Shown here: in pieces, positions 12,464-26,617 of the stretch
How the letters are laid out: each line of letters begins with the position of its first letter
How positions within the stretch are numbered: the stretch's first letter is position 1
Assembly: GCA_964016885.1 (NCBI GenBank)
Contig: CAXHJY010000573.1
Coordinates: 10,837-74,836 of the forward strand
DNA from: Eledone cirrhosa
Taxonomy: Eukaryota
Reading direction: 5' to 3'
DNA: 64,000 nt
Translations under genes and position numbers: made by a program
The notes under the pieces: generated by a model
Databases searched by the model: none
The model's input: only the letters and a program-made list of their open reading frames with translations
What the model was told of the DNA's origin: nothing

Positions 12464-13692
12464 GTATATATATATATGTATGTGTATGTATATATGTATA
12501 TGTGTGTATATATATATATATATGTATGTATATATATGTATATGTGTGTATATATATGTGTGTGTATGTATATATATGTGTATATATATATATATATGTA
12601 TATATATGTGTATGTGTATGTGTATGTATGTGTATATATATGTATATGTATATATGTGTGTATATGTATATATATATGTATATGTATGTATATATGTGTA
12701 TGTATGTGTATATATATATGTATATGTATATATGTATATATGTGTGTATATATGTGTGTATATGTATGTGTATATATATATGTATATATATATATATGTG
12801 TGTATGTATATATGTGTATATATATATGTATATATACTTATATATATATATATATGTATATAAACTTTAATCTGTTATTTTAATAAATATATATATGTAT
12901 ATGTGTATGTGTATGTATGTATGTGTGTATATGTATATATGTATGTATATATATGTACGTGTATGTGTGTATATGTATATATGTATATATGTATATGTAT
13001 ATATATGCATATATATATATATGTATATATATATATATGTGTGTATGTGTGTGTGTATATGTATATATGTGTATATATATATATGTGTATATGTATGTGT
13101 ATGTATATATATGTGTATATGTATATATATGTGTATATATGTATATATATGTATATATATATATATATGTATATATATGTGTGTATATGTATATGTATAT
13201 ATACATATGTGTATATATACATGTGTATATATATATATGTATATATATGTGTATATATGTATGTATGTATGTGTGTGTATGTGTATATATATATGTATAT
13301 ATATGTGTATATATATGTGTATATGTATGTATGTATGTATATGTGTATGTATGTATGTATGTGTATGTGTGTATATGTGTATATGTGTATGTGTATATGT
13401 GTATATATGTATGTATGTATGTGTATGTATATATGTATATATATGTGTGTATATGTGTATCTGTGTATATGTGTATCTATATATATGTGTATATATATAT
13501 ATATGTATATATATATATGTGTATGTATGTTTATATATGTATATGTATTTATATATGTGTATATATGTTTATATGTGTATGTGTATATGTGTATGTATGT
13601 ATATATATGTGTATATGTATGTATGTATATATGTATATATATGTGTATGTATATGTGTATGTATGTGTGTGTATATATATATATATATATAT
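12464..13692. repeat. Mixed (TA)/(TG) microsatellite field
   Basis: Direct reading. Confidence 0.95.
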
Positions 13693-14190
13693 GTGACTTT
13701 GGACATCCTGCAGGACTAAAAACAAAACCTGTCAAAAGGCAAAGGAGCTCTTAAGAGTCAATGGCCATCTAAAATCACTGGGAGAGATGACCCCTTAGCC
13801 TTTGTCAAGGCAGAATTCTAGGAGAAGGAAAACTCTGATATAACACCTGCAACCCTGATGGTATCCAATGATGTTGACTTGTTCTTCTTTTTGGTAAATA
13901 TCATCTTGGTTAAGAGAGTGGGACTGGCTTTGTGCAGTGCCTTTGCTCACTATAAAAGCTTCACGGCACAGGCATTGCTTTATATCTGGAGATCTCTCTG
14001 CATTTGTCGTCACATGGTACCATGGGCCCAGCACTATGTGTCAATAATTGTCACAAGTGTAGTGTTTGTACCAGAGCTTTCGAGTCGCTGGCTGGACTGG
14101 AAAGTCACACTCGTTCAGCGCATCAGTAGTGGTTCTCCTACATGGATATAAAGTAGTGGCCGTACTCGAAAACGAGTTGGCAGCCACCAT
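13693..14190 (+). mobile_element. Unit B: close to unit A, first ~110 bp missing
   Basis: Near-identical to 11966-12463; same end GCAGCCACCAT. Confidence 0.9.
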
Positions 14191-14830
14191 GTATGTATGT
14201 ATGTATGTATGTATGCATGTATATATATATATGTATGCATGTATATATATATGTATGCATGTATATATATATATATATGTATGCATGTATATATATATAT
14301 ATGTATGCATGTATATATATATATATGTATGCATGTATATATATATATATGTATGCATGTATATATATATATATGTATGCATGTATATATATATATATGT
14401 ATGCATGTATATATATATATATATGTATGCATGTATATATATATATATGTATGCATGTATAGATATATATATGTATGCATGTATATATATATATATGTAT
14501 GCATGTATATATATATATATATGTATGCATGTATATATATATATATGTATGCATATATATATATATATATATGTATGCATGTATATATATATATATATGT
14601 ATGCATGTATATATATATATATATATATATGTATGCATGTATATATATATATATATATATATGTATGCATGTATATATATATATATGTATGCATGTATAT
14701 ATATATATATATATATGTATGCATGTATATATATATATATATATGCATGTATATATATATATATGCATGTATATATATATATATATTTATGCATGTATAT
14801 ATATATATATATATATGTATGCATGTATAT
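14191..14830. repeat. Minisatellite ATGTATGCATGT(AT)n
   Basis: Direct reading. Confidence 0.95.
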
Positions 14831-14904
14831 ATATATGTATGTATGTATATATGTATATGTATGTATGTGTGTGTGTGTATTCATATGTAGGTGTCTGTAT
14901 GTAT

Positions 14905-15500
14905 GTAACATTTAACCCTGTACAACCTGTCGCATGGTCGGGTCGTCGGTGACTAAACGGGTAACCCCACCAAGTTTACTTGGTGAAGAGGGTGATTTTG
15001 GTCACCCTGTAGGACAAAAAACAAAATCTGACAGAGGGCGGAATAACTCATAAGAGTCAACGTCCATCCAAAAGTGTGTAAATATGTATAAGCACATGTA
15101 CATATGTTTTTATATGTGTATATACATGGGTTCATGTGTATGTATATGCGCGGGGACATTGAAATAGTCGGGCTGGACACTCGATCGCGCGGTTAAACCA
15201 CTGGGAGTGAATGACCCCTAGTCTTTGTCAGGGCATTCTTCTAGGAGAAGGCAACTCAGGAAACAGGGATAATACCGATATAAAACCTGCAGCTCGGTAG
15301 TTACCGGTGATGTTGATCCTTTCTTCTTTTCGGGTATTAGCTACTGTCGCTCAGAGAGTGGGATTGGCTCAGTGCACAGTCCTTTGTCACTTTAAAAAAT
15401 ATCTTCACGCACAGGCATTGCACGATAGAATTAATTAATAATTATTAATATTGGTATATCGTACAATGGCCATACTCGATAACGAAGGGGCAACCATCTT
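14905..15500 (+). mobile_element. Unit C, diverged subfamily
   Basis: ATGGTCGGGTCGTCGGTGACTAAAC, CTAGGAGAAGG, GAGAGTGGGATTGGC, GCACAGGCATTGC and GGCCATACTCG are collinear with unit A. Confidence 0.85.
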
Positions 15501-15735
15501 GTATATATATGTATATATATGTATATATATGTATATATATATGTATATGTATATATATATATGTATATGTATATATATATGTACGTATGTATTTGTATAT
15601 ATATGTATATGTATGTATATGTACGTATGTATTTGAATGTATGTGTATGTATGTATGTATATATATATATGTACGTATGTATATATATGTATGTATATGT
15701 ATGTATATAATATGTATATGTGTATAATTATATAT

Positions 15736-16252
15736 GTCACATCGTACTCGATTGCTACTGGTAACATGTAATACACTACAAGCTGTCCCATCGTCGGGTC
15801 TTCGGTGACTAAACTCCAAGCCCATCAAACTTTCTGGTGAGGAGTTTGATATTTGGTCACACTTTGGCATGAAATACACGACTCGTTAAAGAGCGGAGTA
15901 ACTCAGCAGAGTCATTGTCCATCCAAATAACTTTTTTTTTTTCACCTGAGAGTGAAAGGCCTCCAGCTTTTGTCACAACACCTTACCCAGAAGGGAAAAC
16001 TCTGAAATAAAAATAAATCCTCTGGCATCGGGAGCCTCGGATGATGTTGACAAGTTATCTTTTTGGGGTAGCGTTTTGAATGCTCCGCGAGTTGGATTGG
16101 TCGAGTGAAAGCCCTCCCCCACTTAAAAAAAAATTTCATTGCATAGGCATTGCTTGTTCAGATTTGTGTAGCTGGCTGTGGCCTAAAAATGCACTATTCT
16201 CTGTAATCAGACAAGCGATTGCCATACTCTTAGAAGAGTTTGCAGCCATCAT
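15736..16252 (+). mobile_element. Unit D, diverged subfamily
   Basis: TGCTACTGGTAACATGTA, GTCGGGTCTTCGGTGACTAAAC, GGAAAACTCTGA and GCCATACTC...GCAGCCATC are collinear with unit A. Confidence 0.8.
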
Positions 16253-16962
<710 letters not shown>

Positions 16963-17486
16963 ATAAATCAGGAAAGAAGGTTTACATGGTTTGCTATACA
17001 AAAAAGTTTTTAATCACATAGCTTACATTTGTTTCACTGAACTGGTATGTCTAGAGATCGCTATCCGCCTAATTTTGCGTCACTCGATCGCCAATACAGA
17101 ATTATAACCAGTCAGATCTTCGGAGCATGCGAGAATGAAGAAAATACACAGGCAAGAAAATAAAAGAAAATATGGAGTAGTTATGGCATTCAATTAGAAC
17201 AATAAACAACAACAATTATTACAACAATGCTATCAATAAACTATTTAAGGAGACCCTGACATTACTTAGGTGGGGGGTATATAATGTATCTAATGTTACG
17301 GCGTGAAAACCAGCTGTCATAAGGCAAAAAGTATCGTAGTGTGTATCAATTTTAAATTATAAAGATAAGCTAGTTTTTACAGTCTTTCTCTTCATCTTCA
17401 ACCGTATACATGAGTGGGACCACTGTCAAAGCTCAATAGTTGTAGAGTTAATACAGAGGTTAACGAATTAATATACGCATATATCT

Positions 17487-17546
<60 letters not shown>

Positions 17547-17640
17547 GTGTATATTGCATGTATGTATATTTTTGTACGAGTGTATATTAGTGTGTATGTA
17601 TGTGTCTATGTACACATATATGTGTATATGTATTTATATT

Positions 17641-17711
<71 letters not shown>

Positions 17712-18235
17712 AGATATATGCGTATATTAATTCGTTAACCTCTGTATTAACTCTACAACTATTGAGCTTTGACAGTGGTCCCACTCATGTATACGGTTGA
17801 AGATGAAGAGAAAGACTGTAAAAACTAGCTTATCTTTATAATTTAAAATTGATACACACTACGATACTTTTTGCCTTATGACAGCTGGTTTTCACGCCGT
17901 AACATTAGATACATTATATACCCCCCACCTAAGTAATGTCAGGGTCTCCTTAAATAGTTTATTGATAGCATTGTTGTAATAATTGTTGTTGTTTATTGTT
18001 CTAATTGAATGCCATAACTACTCCATATTTTCTTTTATTTTCTTGCCTGTGTATTTTCTTCATTCTCGCATGCTCCGAAGATCTGACTGGTTATAATTCT
18101 GTATTGGCGATCGAGTGACGCAAAATTAGGCGGATAGCGATCTCTAGACATACCAGTTCAGTGAAACAAATGTAAGCTATGTGATTAAAAACTTTTTTGT
18201 ATAGCAAACCATGTAAACCTTCTTTCCTGATTTAT
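16963..18235. repeat. Long inverted duplication with ~530-bp unique arms plus (CA)n/(TG)n
   Basis: 16963-17490 is the reverse complement of 17707-18235; I saw no mismatch in the stretches I compared. Confidence 0.95.
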
Positions 18236-18413
18236 TATTACTCCAAGTGTTTACAACATAGGAATTACAGCATACCCGCAGCATCACTATGAAAACGCCT
18301 TGTTGAGTCAAACCAAGCCAAGCGTTAATATCATCCACTACCTGGAATACCATAACTGGACTTCACCTAAGTGGACTGCATTTAACTATTATTTGTTAAT
18401 CCGTATATATATT

Positions 18414-18530
<117 letters not shown>

Positions 18531-18928
18531 ATATTTATATATATATTTATATTTCTGAAGACGGCATATATATGTGTTGGTATGTTTATTTAATTTTGAT
18601 AGTTTGTATAATTTTGTATAATTTTGTACATAGATCTGTTGAATATGCATGCCATTTCTAACACATATATATCCTAGAAACGATCATTAAATAATGAACA
18701 TTTTTTGTTTAATATAAGGAACTGTTTCATTGTTTTATTCATTATTTTTTAAATATTTTATCTTGACTCTGTATTCCGTTTATCTTTCACCGAAAGTGAT
18801 TTTTCATTGCATCTCTTCTTTCCATGATATCCGGATTACATTGAGTTCTTCATACGGATTGGACACTACCGTAAACTCTTGGTAGATTTATCTACATATT
18901 TATATATATATATATATTTATATATATT

Positions 18929-18962
<34 letters not shown>

Positions 18963-19861
18963 CCACGCCCACAACACTGAATTCCAAGGCTGTCCTCGAA
19001 TCGAATAGGTGTCTTGTTCTCTTTCTTTCTATTCACTGTTTGTGTTCGAAAGTGATATGGAAAGAAGGAATCAGATAGAAAGAATGACATACACCCAGCA
19101 AGAGATATAAGTGAAATTGAAAATTGTAATGTTCATGGTGTGTATGGTGATATGTAAAACGGAACTTTTGGAAACTTTGTATATGAAATTATTCTTGATT
19201 GTGCATATTATGTTTGATGCCTAAACAAATCAAAACTACTATACAGTCTGTGATTTTACAGTATTTAATTTGGTGACACCCTTTCATGCTTTTATTGACA
19301 ATTAATGTATAATTTAAAATAACTGCTTGGAATGATTTAAATCTGGAAATCTTGAAATCAATTAAATTAATTATATACCTAAGAGAGCTGTAAAGATCAG
19401 GGCTCTCATTCAGTTCTCTAGAGTGATACGCGGAACTAATATTTATTTTGCAATGGAATTATTTTATATAGACGTTATTAGCTTTATAAAATGTAATTGC
19501 TTTAATTATACTATGCGTTTAAATGCTGATTTGCAGTTCACATATCCTCGTAATTTCACCGAGAAAATGTCTAGACGTTACGTTGAACCAGTTCTTTGTT
19601 TGGAGGGAGTATTAATGTTTTAATTCTATTTTATGTTCATGCTCATCAACCTATTGTTAATTATCTAGTCAGCTACATTACCGACTTACAAAATCCGAAT
19701 ATTTGCGTTGGAGAATCTGAGGTATATCATTTTGTAGTAATCAATTAAGTAATAAATGTTGACATACTTATTGCAGAACGTACAACTAGTTGAGGTTAGT
19801 GGATAGGGTAAATCTGAAGGGAATCATTAGTTAAACAACATTATTACACTCTTTCCACCAA

Positions 19862-20047
19862 GGGCGGTAGATTGGCAGTATCGGTAGAAGGTCGGACGCA
19901 ATGCTTTGACGCATAGAGTTACGGCACTTTATGGTCTGAGTTCAAATCCCGCCGAGGTTAACTTTGCCTTTCACCCTTACGGGGTCGATGAAATAAAGTA
20001 GCAGTAATGCACTGGAACAATTGCTGGCCTTGTGCCAAAAGTAGAAA
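19862..20047 (+). mobile_element. tRNA-derived SINE
   Basis: A box TGGCAGTATCGG, B box GAGTTCAAATCCC, body ACTTTGCCTTTCA.CCTTACGGGGTCGAT; multiple copies in the window. Confidence 0.9.
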
Positions 20048-20244
20048 TAATTATTACTCTTTTACATTTCACATCGGAATAAGTCTGAAATAACTTATTT
20101 CATGAAATGCGCTTGAAATTTCAACCACGTAGACCATATAGTATTGTTTCAATTCTATATTAAAATGAAATATATACATAATAAGAACGAAGTTTGCATG
20201 TTCCTCTGTGACGTCAGACTTTCTCCGCCGACGGATCGTTATGT

Positions 20245-22321
20245 ATCTAAATTTGGTATAAGTAATCATTAGACCATTTAGGTATCATTCCTAGAGCGCC
20301 TAAAACCACTGGTATTTTTTTAGTTCCCAACATCCACATTTTTCCAATCTCTATCTCCAGGTCTTTATACTTGCTCAATTTTTCAAATGATTTTGTAGAT
20401 ACATTCTTGTCTATAGGAACGGTCATGTTAATTAGCAGGCATACCCTCCTTTTAAAATCCTTCAGTATTATATCAGGTCTATTTGCATCTATTTTTCGGT
20501 CTGTTTGAGATGTGAGATTTTTTTAAGTACGAGAGGTGGTTGATGTTCCCACCATTTGATGAGGCAGATCCAAAATTCTTACACATTACCCAATGTATTG
20601 TGCAGCTCTGTCGTGCCTGTTTAGTTATTCGGTTGGATCTATAGAACTAGACATTAAGATTATATGATTAATGCCACTTGTTTTTTTAAAATACAGGGTA
20701 TAATAGGTTGCATCCATTTTTTATGATGTTGGGCTGACTATTTTTTGTTGTGCTGATATAATCAGGCCTTCAATCTCCGATTTCAGTCCAGAGGATGCCC
20801 ACCACTGATGAGTTAAAGTTTTGTCAACATCAGGATTGTTAGCTCTTTCTGGGTACTTTCCATACAGAGGCATCTTTTGCTATTTCTTAGCCAGTTTCTG
20901 TAGCAGTTCTTTCTTTGCAGTTAATTTTACCTGCTTTGCTTTTTCTGTGTTTTTCATTTCAGCAGTAAATGGAACTTCTGAAATTTTTAGTTCATTATTG
21001 TATCTATGTGCATCTTTTATAATGGAGTATGATCTTTTGTTTCTTTCATGTCTCAAAACGAGTTTGAACATCCATTCACGTGCTTCCCTTAGATATGAAG
21101 ATAATCCAATTGTTGCAGTTTTCAAAGAAATATCTAACTGGATTAATACACGTCCTCCTTCTTTCCTAGGGAAATATATACTATCTGTTTTCGTCTTAGG
21201 GTTTTGCATTCTCTGCATGGTTAAGAATTTTCTAATTTTCGTATCGAGCCTACGGATCTCTGTGCTTGACCAGTTGGTGACGTTGAAACTGTCAGTTACT
21301 ACTGGTATGGCAAGTGTGTTTATTGCATCGATCCTAATCCTTACATTCAACTCCGTAGTTAAAATTGATATTACCCTGCGGTTACATTCCTTCCTTTTCC
21401 TTTCCCTCATTGTGAGTGCTTGATTCCGTTTCCTACACAAACACCTAGATATTTACAAGTTTCTTCTTTATCAAGTTATCTTATCACATTCCCCCGATCA
21501 AGCTTAATGTTTGATATTCTCAGCAGCTTTCCTCTGCTGAACGTGGCTTTGGCGCATTTTAGTTTCATTTAGTATCATCACTGAACTGCCTCACAGTAGA
21601 TAATAGCCCTTGCAATTGCTGATCATTTTTTGCAAAGAGCTGCAGGTCATCCATTTTGAACAAGTGGTAAGGGTTTAATCATATACATTATATCCATGTT
21701 TTTTTCATTAAGCATTTTACTTAACGGTATAAGTACGATGCAGAATAAAAGCGGTGATAAAGAGTCACCCTAAAATATTCCACAATTAATATTAATATTA
21801 AGTTTTTTTCACTGTTCAAAATGAGTGTTTTCAATGTATTCATAATGAATGGCAGGAACCTCCTGACAACGGAAGATATTTTAAAAATCTCTAAACAATG
21901 TTCAATCCAATTGTATGGTAAACGATCAAATGCTTTTTTTGTAAACTATCTAAGCAATTGTTAGATTTTTGTTTCCATTATGACAATCTTACAGAATCAT
22001 TTTGTTATTCAAAAGCTGATACTTACACCCATATGAGCCTCGTTTACATCCTATCTGTTCATTGGGAAATAGATAACTTGTTATCAGGTGATCATATGTA
22101 TATTCAGTTAAGATTGATGTTAAGATTTTATACATTGTGGTCAAGCAAGTTATCGGTCTGTAATTGTTGGGGTTGTTTGTCTCATCATTCTTCGGAAGTA
22201 GGAATGTAATGCCGTTAACTACACATCATGGTATATTTTCTGGCTTCTCAATCATTTCATTATAAAGCTCATGCGACTCTGTGAAGGCATTTATCCAAAA
22301 AATTTGTATTTTGTCTTTCCC
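20245..22321 (-). mobile_element. Old decayed R4/Dong-clade LINE (RT plus restriction-like endonuclease)
   Basis: GDSLSPLLFC, MDDLQLF, YKYLGV, AINTLAIPVV, RKEGGR, NRPDII...KYKDLEIEI and GALG, with many stops and frameshifts. Confidence 0.85.
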
Positions 22322-22352
22322 TATTATTATTATTATTATTATTGTTGTTATT

Positions 22353-23985
22353 CCTTGAATCTCAGTCATTGATGTTGGTTAACTGGAAAGTCCGTTGGAA
22401 TGAATATCAAGCCACTACCTGCAGCCTCAGATATTCAGGACGTATCGGAGGGTTCTTGCTGTTCCAAGCAAGCATGCCTTTTGAAGCGTTCCAAAAAGCG
22501 TGAAGGGGCCGATTTTCTTTAACCATCCCTGGAAACTTTTGGAGATAGTCCCCAGTGCGCCTATGACAATCGGGATCACTTTGACTTCATGGCAGTTCCA
22601 AATCCTTTTCACCTCCCACTTTAGGTCCTGGTATCGGTTAATTTTCTCCCTCTCCTTCTCTTGCACTCTCGTGTCGAATGGGCAGGCCACATCCACAATC
22701 AGACACGATGTTTTTTCTTTGTCCACAACCACCAGGTCAGGTCTATTGTGTTCCAGTTTTTTGTCCGTCTGTATCCTAAAATCCCACAGCACCTTCACCT
22801 GTTGTTCTCCATCACCGCCTCTGGCCTATGCTCATACCATTTCTCAGAATGTGGTAAATTGTTTACTTTGCACAGGTGCCAGTGGATCACCCTGCCCATC
22901 ACATCGTGTCTCCAGCCCTTATAGTGGGTCTGGGCTAGGTGTTTACACTCGGACACAATGTGAGGCACAGTCTCCTCTCTCTCTCCACAGATCCTGCACA
23001 GTGGGCTAGCATCCTCCTTGTAAATATGGTGCTTCAACCACTTCGTTTTGAGGGCCTGCTCCTGCGCAGCCATTAGCATTCCTTCTGTAGCCTTTTTGAG
23101 GTCTCCTCTTCTCAACCAGTTCCATGTCTGTGGATCTCTAAATTCAGTTTTCTCAAAGAAGGTACTATGAAGGGATTTTCCCTTAAGGCTGCTCTTCCTC
23201 CTTGATGTTATTTGCTCCTTGGACATCCCCTGGCCTACTGTCCCCTCCTTCAGTACAGTTCTGAGCATTTGCTCCTTTCTATAGGTCACGTATTTGTATA
23301 GGTTGATTTTCTCCATCTGAACACAGTCCTCTATGCTGATAAGACCTCTTCCACCCTCAGATCTCCTTAGGTAGAGTCTATCGACATCACTCCTCTTGTG
23401 GAACATGTTGTAGATAGTCAATAGCTTCCTAGTCTTCCTATCCATTTCTTTTTGTTCAGCAACATTCCATCTCAGAATTCCCGCACTGTACCTAATAATA
23501 GACACAGCTCCGGAATTTACTGCGCTTATGGCATTTCTGCTGTTCAGATGTGACTTCAATACGCTCCTTACTCTCCGAATGTATTCAGTTCTTAACAATT
23601 CCTTCATTTTTTTGTTCTTTATGCCATCAGCCTCCAGAACGCCCAAATACTTGTATCCTTCCTCAGAGTCAATTTCCTTTATCATCTCACCTGTTGGTAT
23701 CTGGATCCCGTTACTTCTGCTCAACCTACCCCTCCTCATCACAATGACTCCACATTTACTAATACCAAACTGCATACATATATCACTGCTGAAAATACGG
23801 ACAGTGTCAACAAGCACCTCCAACTCCTTCTCACTTTTCCCGAAGAGCTTAAGATCGTCCATGAAGAGGTGATTGATGGTAAGCTCCCCCTTTCCCAACT
23901 TGTATCCTGCTCTCACTTTTCGCAGCATAATGGTCAAGGGCATCAGGGCAAGGACAAACAACAGAGGGGACAGGCTATCTCCCTG
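22353..23985 (-). mobile_element. Younger 5'-truncated R4/Dong-clade LINE flanked by (TAA)n
   Basis: QGDSLSPL, FMDDLKLF, YKYLG, GGRGL, CRICGEREETVPHIVSEC (CCHC), RHD, RPDLVVVD...EK..Y (PD-(D/E)XK nuclease); one frameshift near 22800. Confidence 0.93.
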
Positions 23986-24044
<59 letters not shown>

Positions 24045-24464
24045 GCCTTGAGTATCAGTCATTGATGTTAGTTAACTGGAAAGTTTGTTGAAATGAATAT
24101 CAAGCCACTACCTGCAGCCTCAGATATTCAGGACGTATCGGAGGGTTATTGCTGTTCCCAGCAAGCATGCCTTTTGAAGCGTTCCAAAAAGCGTGGCGGG
24201 GCCAATTTTCTTTAACCATCCCTGGAAACTTTTTGAGATAGTACCTAGTGCGCCTATGACAATCGGAACATTTGACTTCATGGCAGTTCCAAATCCTTTT
24301 TACCTCCCACTTTAAGTCTTGGTATCGGTTAATTTTCTCCCTCTCCTTCTCTTGCACTCTCGTGTCGAATGGGCAGGCTACATCCACAATCAGACAGGAT
24401 CCTTTTTCTTTGTCCAAAATCACCAGGTCAGGTCTATTGTGTTCCAGTTTCTTGTCCGTCTGTA
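24045..24464 (-). mobile_element. Short 3' copy of the same R4/Dong family between (TAA)n tracts
   Basis: Same 3' terminus and nuclease region as 22353-22775. Confidence 0.9.
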
Positions 24465-24557
24465 TTATTATTATTACAGCTGCATTTATCTTGCTTTATG
24501 TTCATACGAGTTATCACCAAGTCCCAACCAGTGACCTCAAGAGACAACAAGGTCCGC

Positions 24558-24613
<56 letters not shown>

Positions 24614-24625
24614 TATTATTATTAT

Positions 24626-25126
24626 GCCTTGAGTATCAGTCATTGATGTTATTTAACTGGAAAGTTTGTTGAAAGGAATATCAAGCCGCTACCTGCAGCC
24701 TCAGATATTCAGGACGTATCGGAGGGTTCTTGCTGTTCCCAGCAAGCATGCCTTTTGAAGTGTTCCAAAACGCGGGGCTGGACTAAGTTTCTAAAACCAT
24801 TCTTGGAAACTCATTTAGATAGTACCTAGTGCGCTTATGACAATCGGGACGACTCTGACTTCATAGCAGTTCCAAATCCTTTTTACCTCCCACTTTAAGT
24901 CTTGGTATCGGTTAATTTTCTCCCTCTCCTTATCTTGCACTCTCGTGTCATATGGGCAGGCTACATCTACAATCAGGCATGATCTTTTTTCCTTGTCCAA
25001 AACCACAAGGTCAGGCCTATTATGTTCTAATTTCTTGTCCTTCTGTATCCTAAAATCCCATAGCAGTTTCACCTGACCGTTTTCTATCACCGACTCGGGC
25101 TTATGCTCATACCACTTCTCAGAATG
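24626..25126 (-). mobile_element. Third 3' copy of the R4/Dong family, ending at (TAA)n
   Basis: Same 3' terminus; IENGQVKLLWDF...RPDLVV. Confidence 0.9.
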
Positions 25127-25865
25127 AAAATCTGTTGGTGACTTCCTAGCTTCTAGTCATGTTTAGTGTCACTACTACCTTCCCTCTGTTAACAGGAGGT
25201 AGTGATGGAATAGTGGTGGTAGGGATGATGCAGTGTTGACGGTGGTGATGGGGTAGTAGTACTCTAGTGATGGTGTTGTTGATGCTGTTGGTTTTTATCG
25301 AGCTAATTTTGTTGTGGTAGTGGTGGTGGTGGCGCTGGTGGTGTTGATGGTGAAATTATTTGGCTGTTGTTTTTTTCTTTTCATTTGTGGCCATTTGTAA
25401 CCATTTTTTTTTGTCTATAACATTTCTGATACAAAATTAAATATTAAATACTGGAGCCCTATGCCATAATGTTATGCGTTGTCACTTCCTGAGAGTTAAG
25501 ACTGGTGTCTTATGTCCCATTTTTAATAAGAATTATTCTATCACAATTGTTTTAAATATGTAAAAAATCAAAAACTTACGGGAGCGATTCCATAACACTC
25601 TGCCCACCATGTGCGTATTCTTCCCTTATATTATTATTATTATTATTATTACTATTATTATTATTATTATTATTAAGGGCTCATTTGGGATGCTAGTATA
25701 CTTGTATCCTTAGTAACATAAGGTATTACTATTAGTTATATTATAAGTTGTGACGTGATATGGTATATCCAATGACATCTATATATACATCCATCAATCT
25801 CTCCCTTTCTCTCTCTCCCTTTCTCTCTCTCTCTCTCTATCTCTCTCTCTTTCTCTCTCTCTCTC

Positions 25866-26384
25866 TCTATGTATATATGTATATATATAAATGGCAAGTT
25901 CTGTCTGTTTGTTTGTTTGTGAACCGACAACTCAAAAAATACCAAAGCGATCTTGATAAAACTTGACACGTGTGTGGGACTCATGCACATTTGGTTTCTT
26001 ACGTATATTTCATTTTAATCAAGCCCCCGCTGAAAACCCCCGCTTAATATTTTCCCTTCGATTTATATGAAATTTAAACCATGGGTAAACCAAGATATGA
26101 TGCATATTCACAAATATTGAGCACATTTCAATAATGTTAATACAACCTAATGGGGTTTTATTTTTTTCCTTATAGCAACACCCAACTTCTCTGGCAAATA
26201 TTTTTTCGCCTGACCAATGCAATCAACAATATTTGTTTGTATTATTGCTTCGTAAATGAATTTGTCTTCGCTTTTGATTATCTGTCCTATATTTTGATTT
26301 CATTGTTGGTCTGTGAGGCATTGGGCATTTTAATGGGAACTGGGAATACCCCCACTCCCGGGTCTTACCGGGTAATTCAGCTAG
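25866..26384 (+). mobile_element. Non-autonomous Helitron
   Basis: 5' TCTAT..ATATATAAA followed by (CTGT/TTGT)n; 3' hairpin CCCGGGTCTTACCGGG (26357-26372), then CTAG|T. Confidence 0.7.
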
Positions 26385-26557
26385 TATATATATATATATA
26401 TATGAGTGTGTGTGTGTGTATAGAGAGGGGAGCCATAAATGCCCATCATACATATATATATATTTAATGTATGGGAATTTCTGGCCCCCCTCCCTCTATC
26501 TATCCGTGTGTGTCTCTCTCTCTACTCATACACACCCATTATATATATATATATATG

Positions 26558-26617
<60 letters not shown>

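Noticed and set aside
17250-17330. GAAAACCAGCTGTC and GAAACAAATGTA hammerhead-like 3' motifs in the long inverted repeat
   Set aside because: No CTGANGA core with a matching stem I upstream
19862-19955. tRNA gene
   Set aside because: A and B boxes are present but there is no full cloverleaf; it is the SINE head
22790-22815. Overlapping ORFs suggesting a programmed frameshift before the nuclease domain
   Set aside because: The sister copy at ~25060-25090 reads through in frame (IENGQVKLLWDF), so this is a 1-nt deletion
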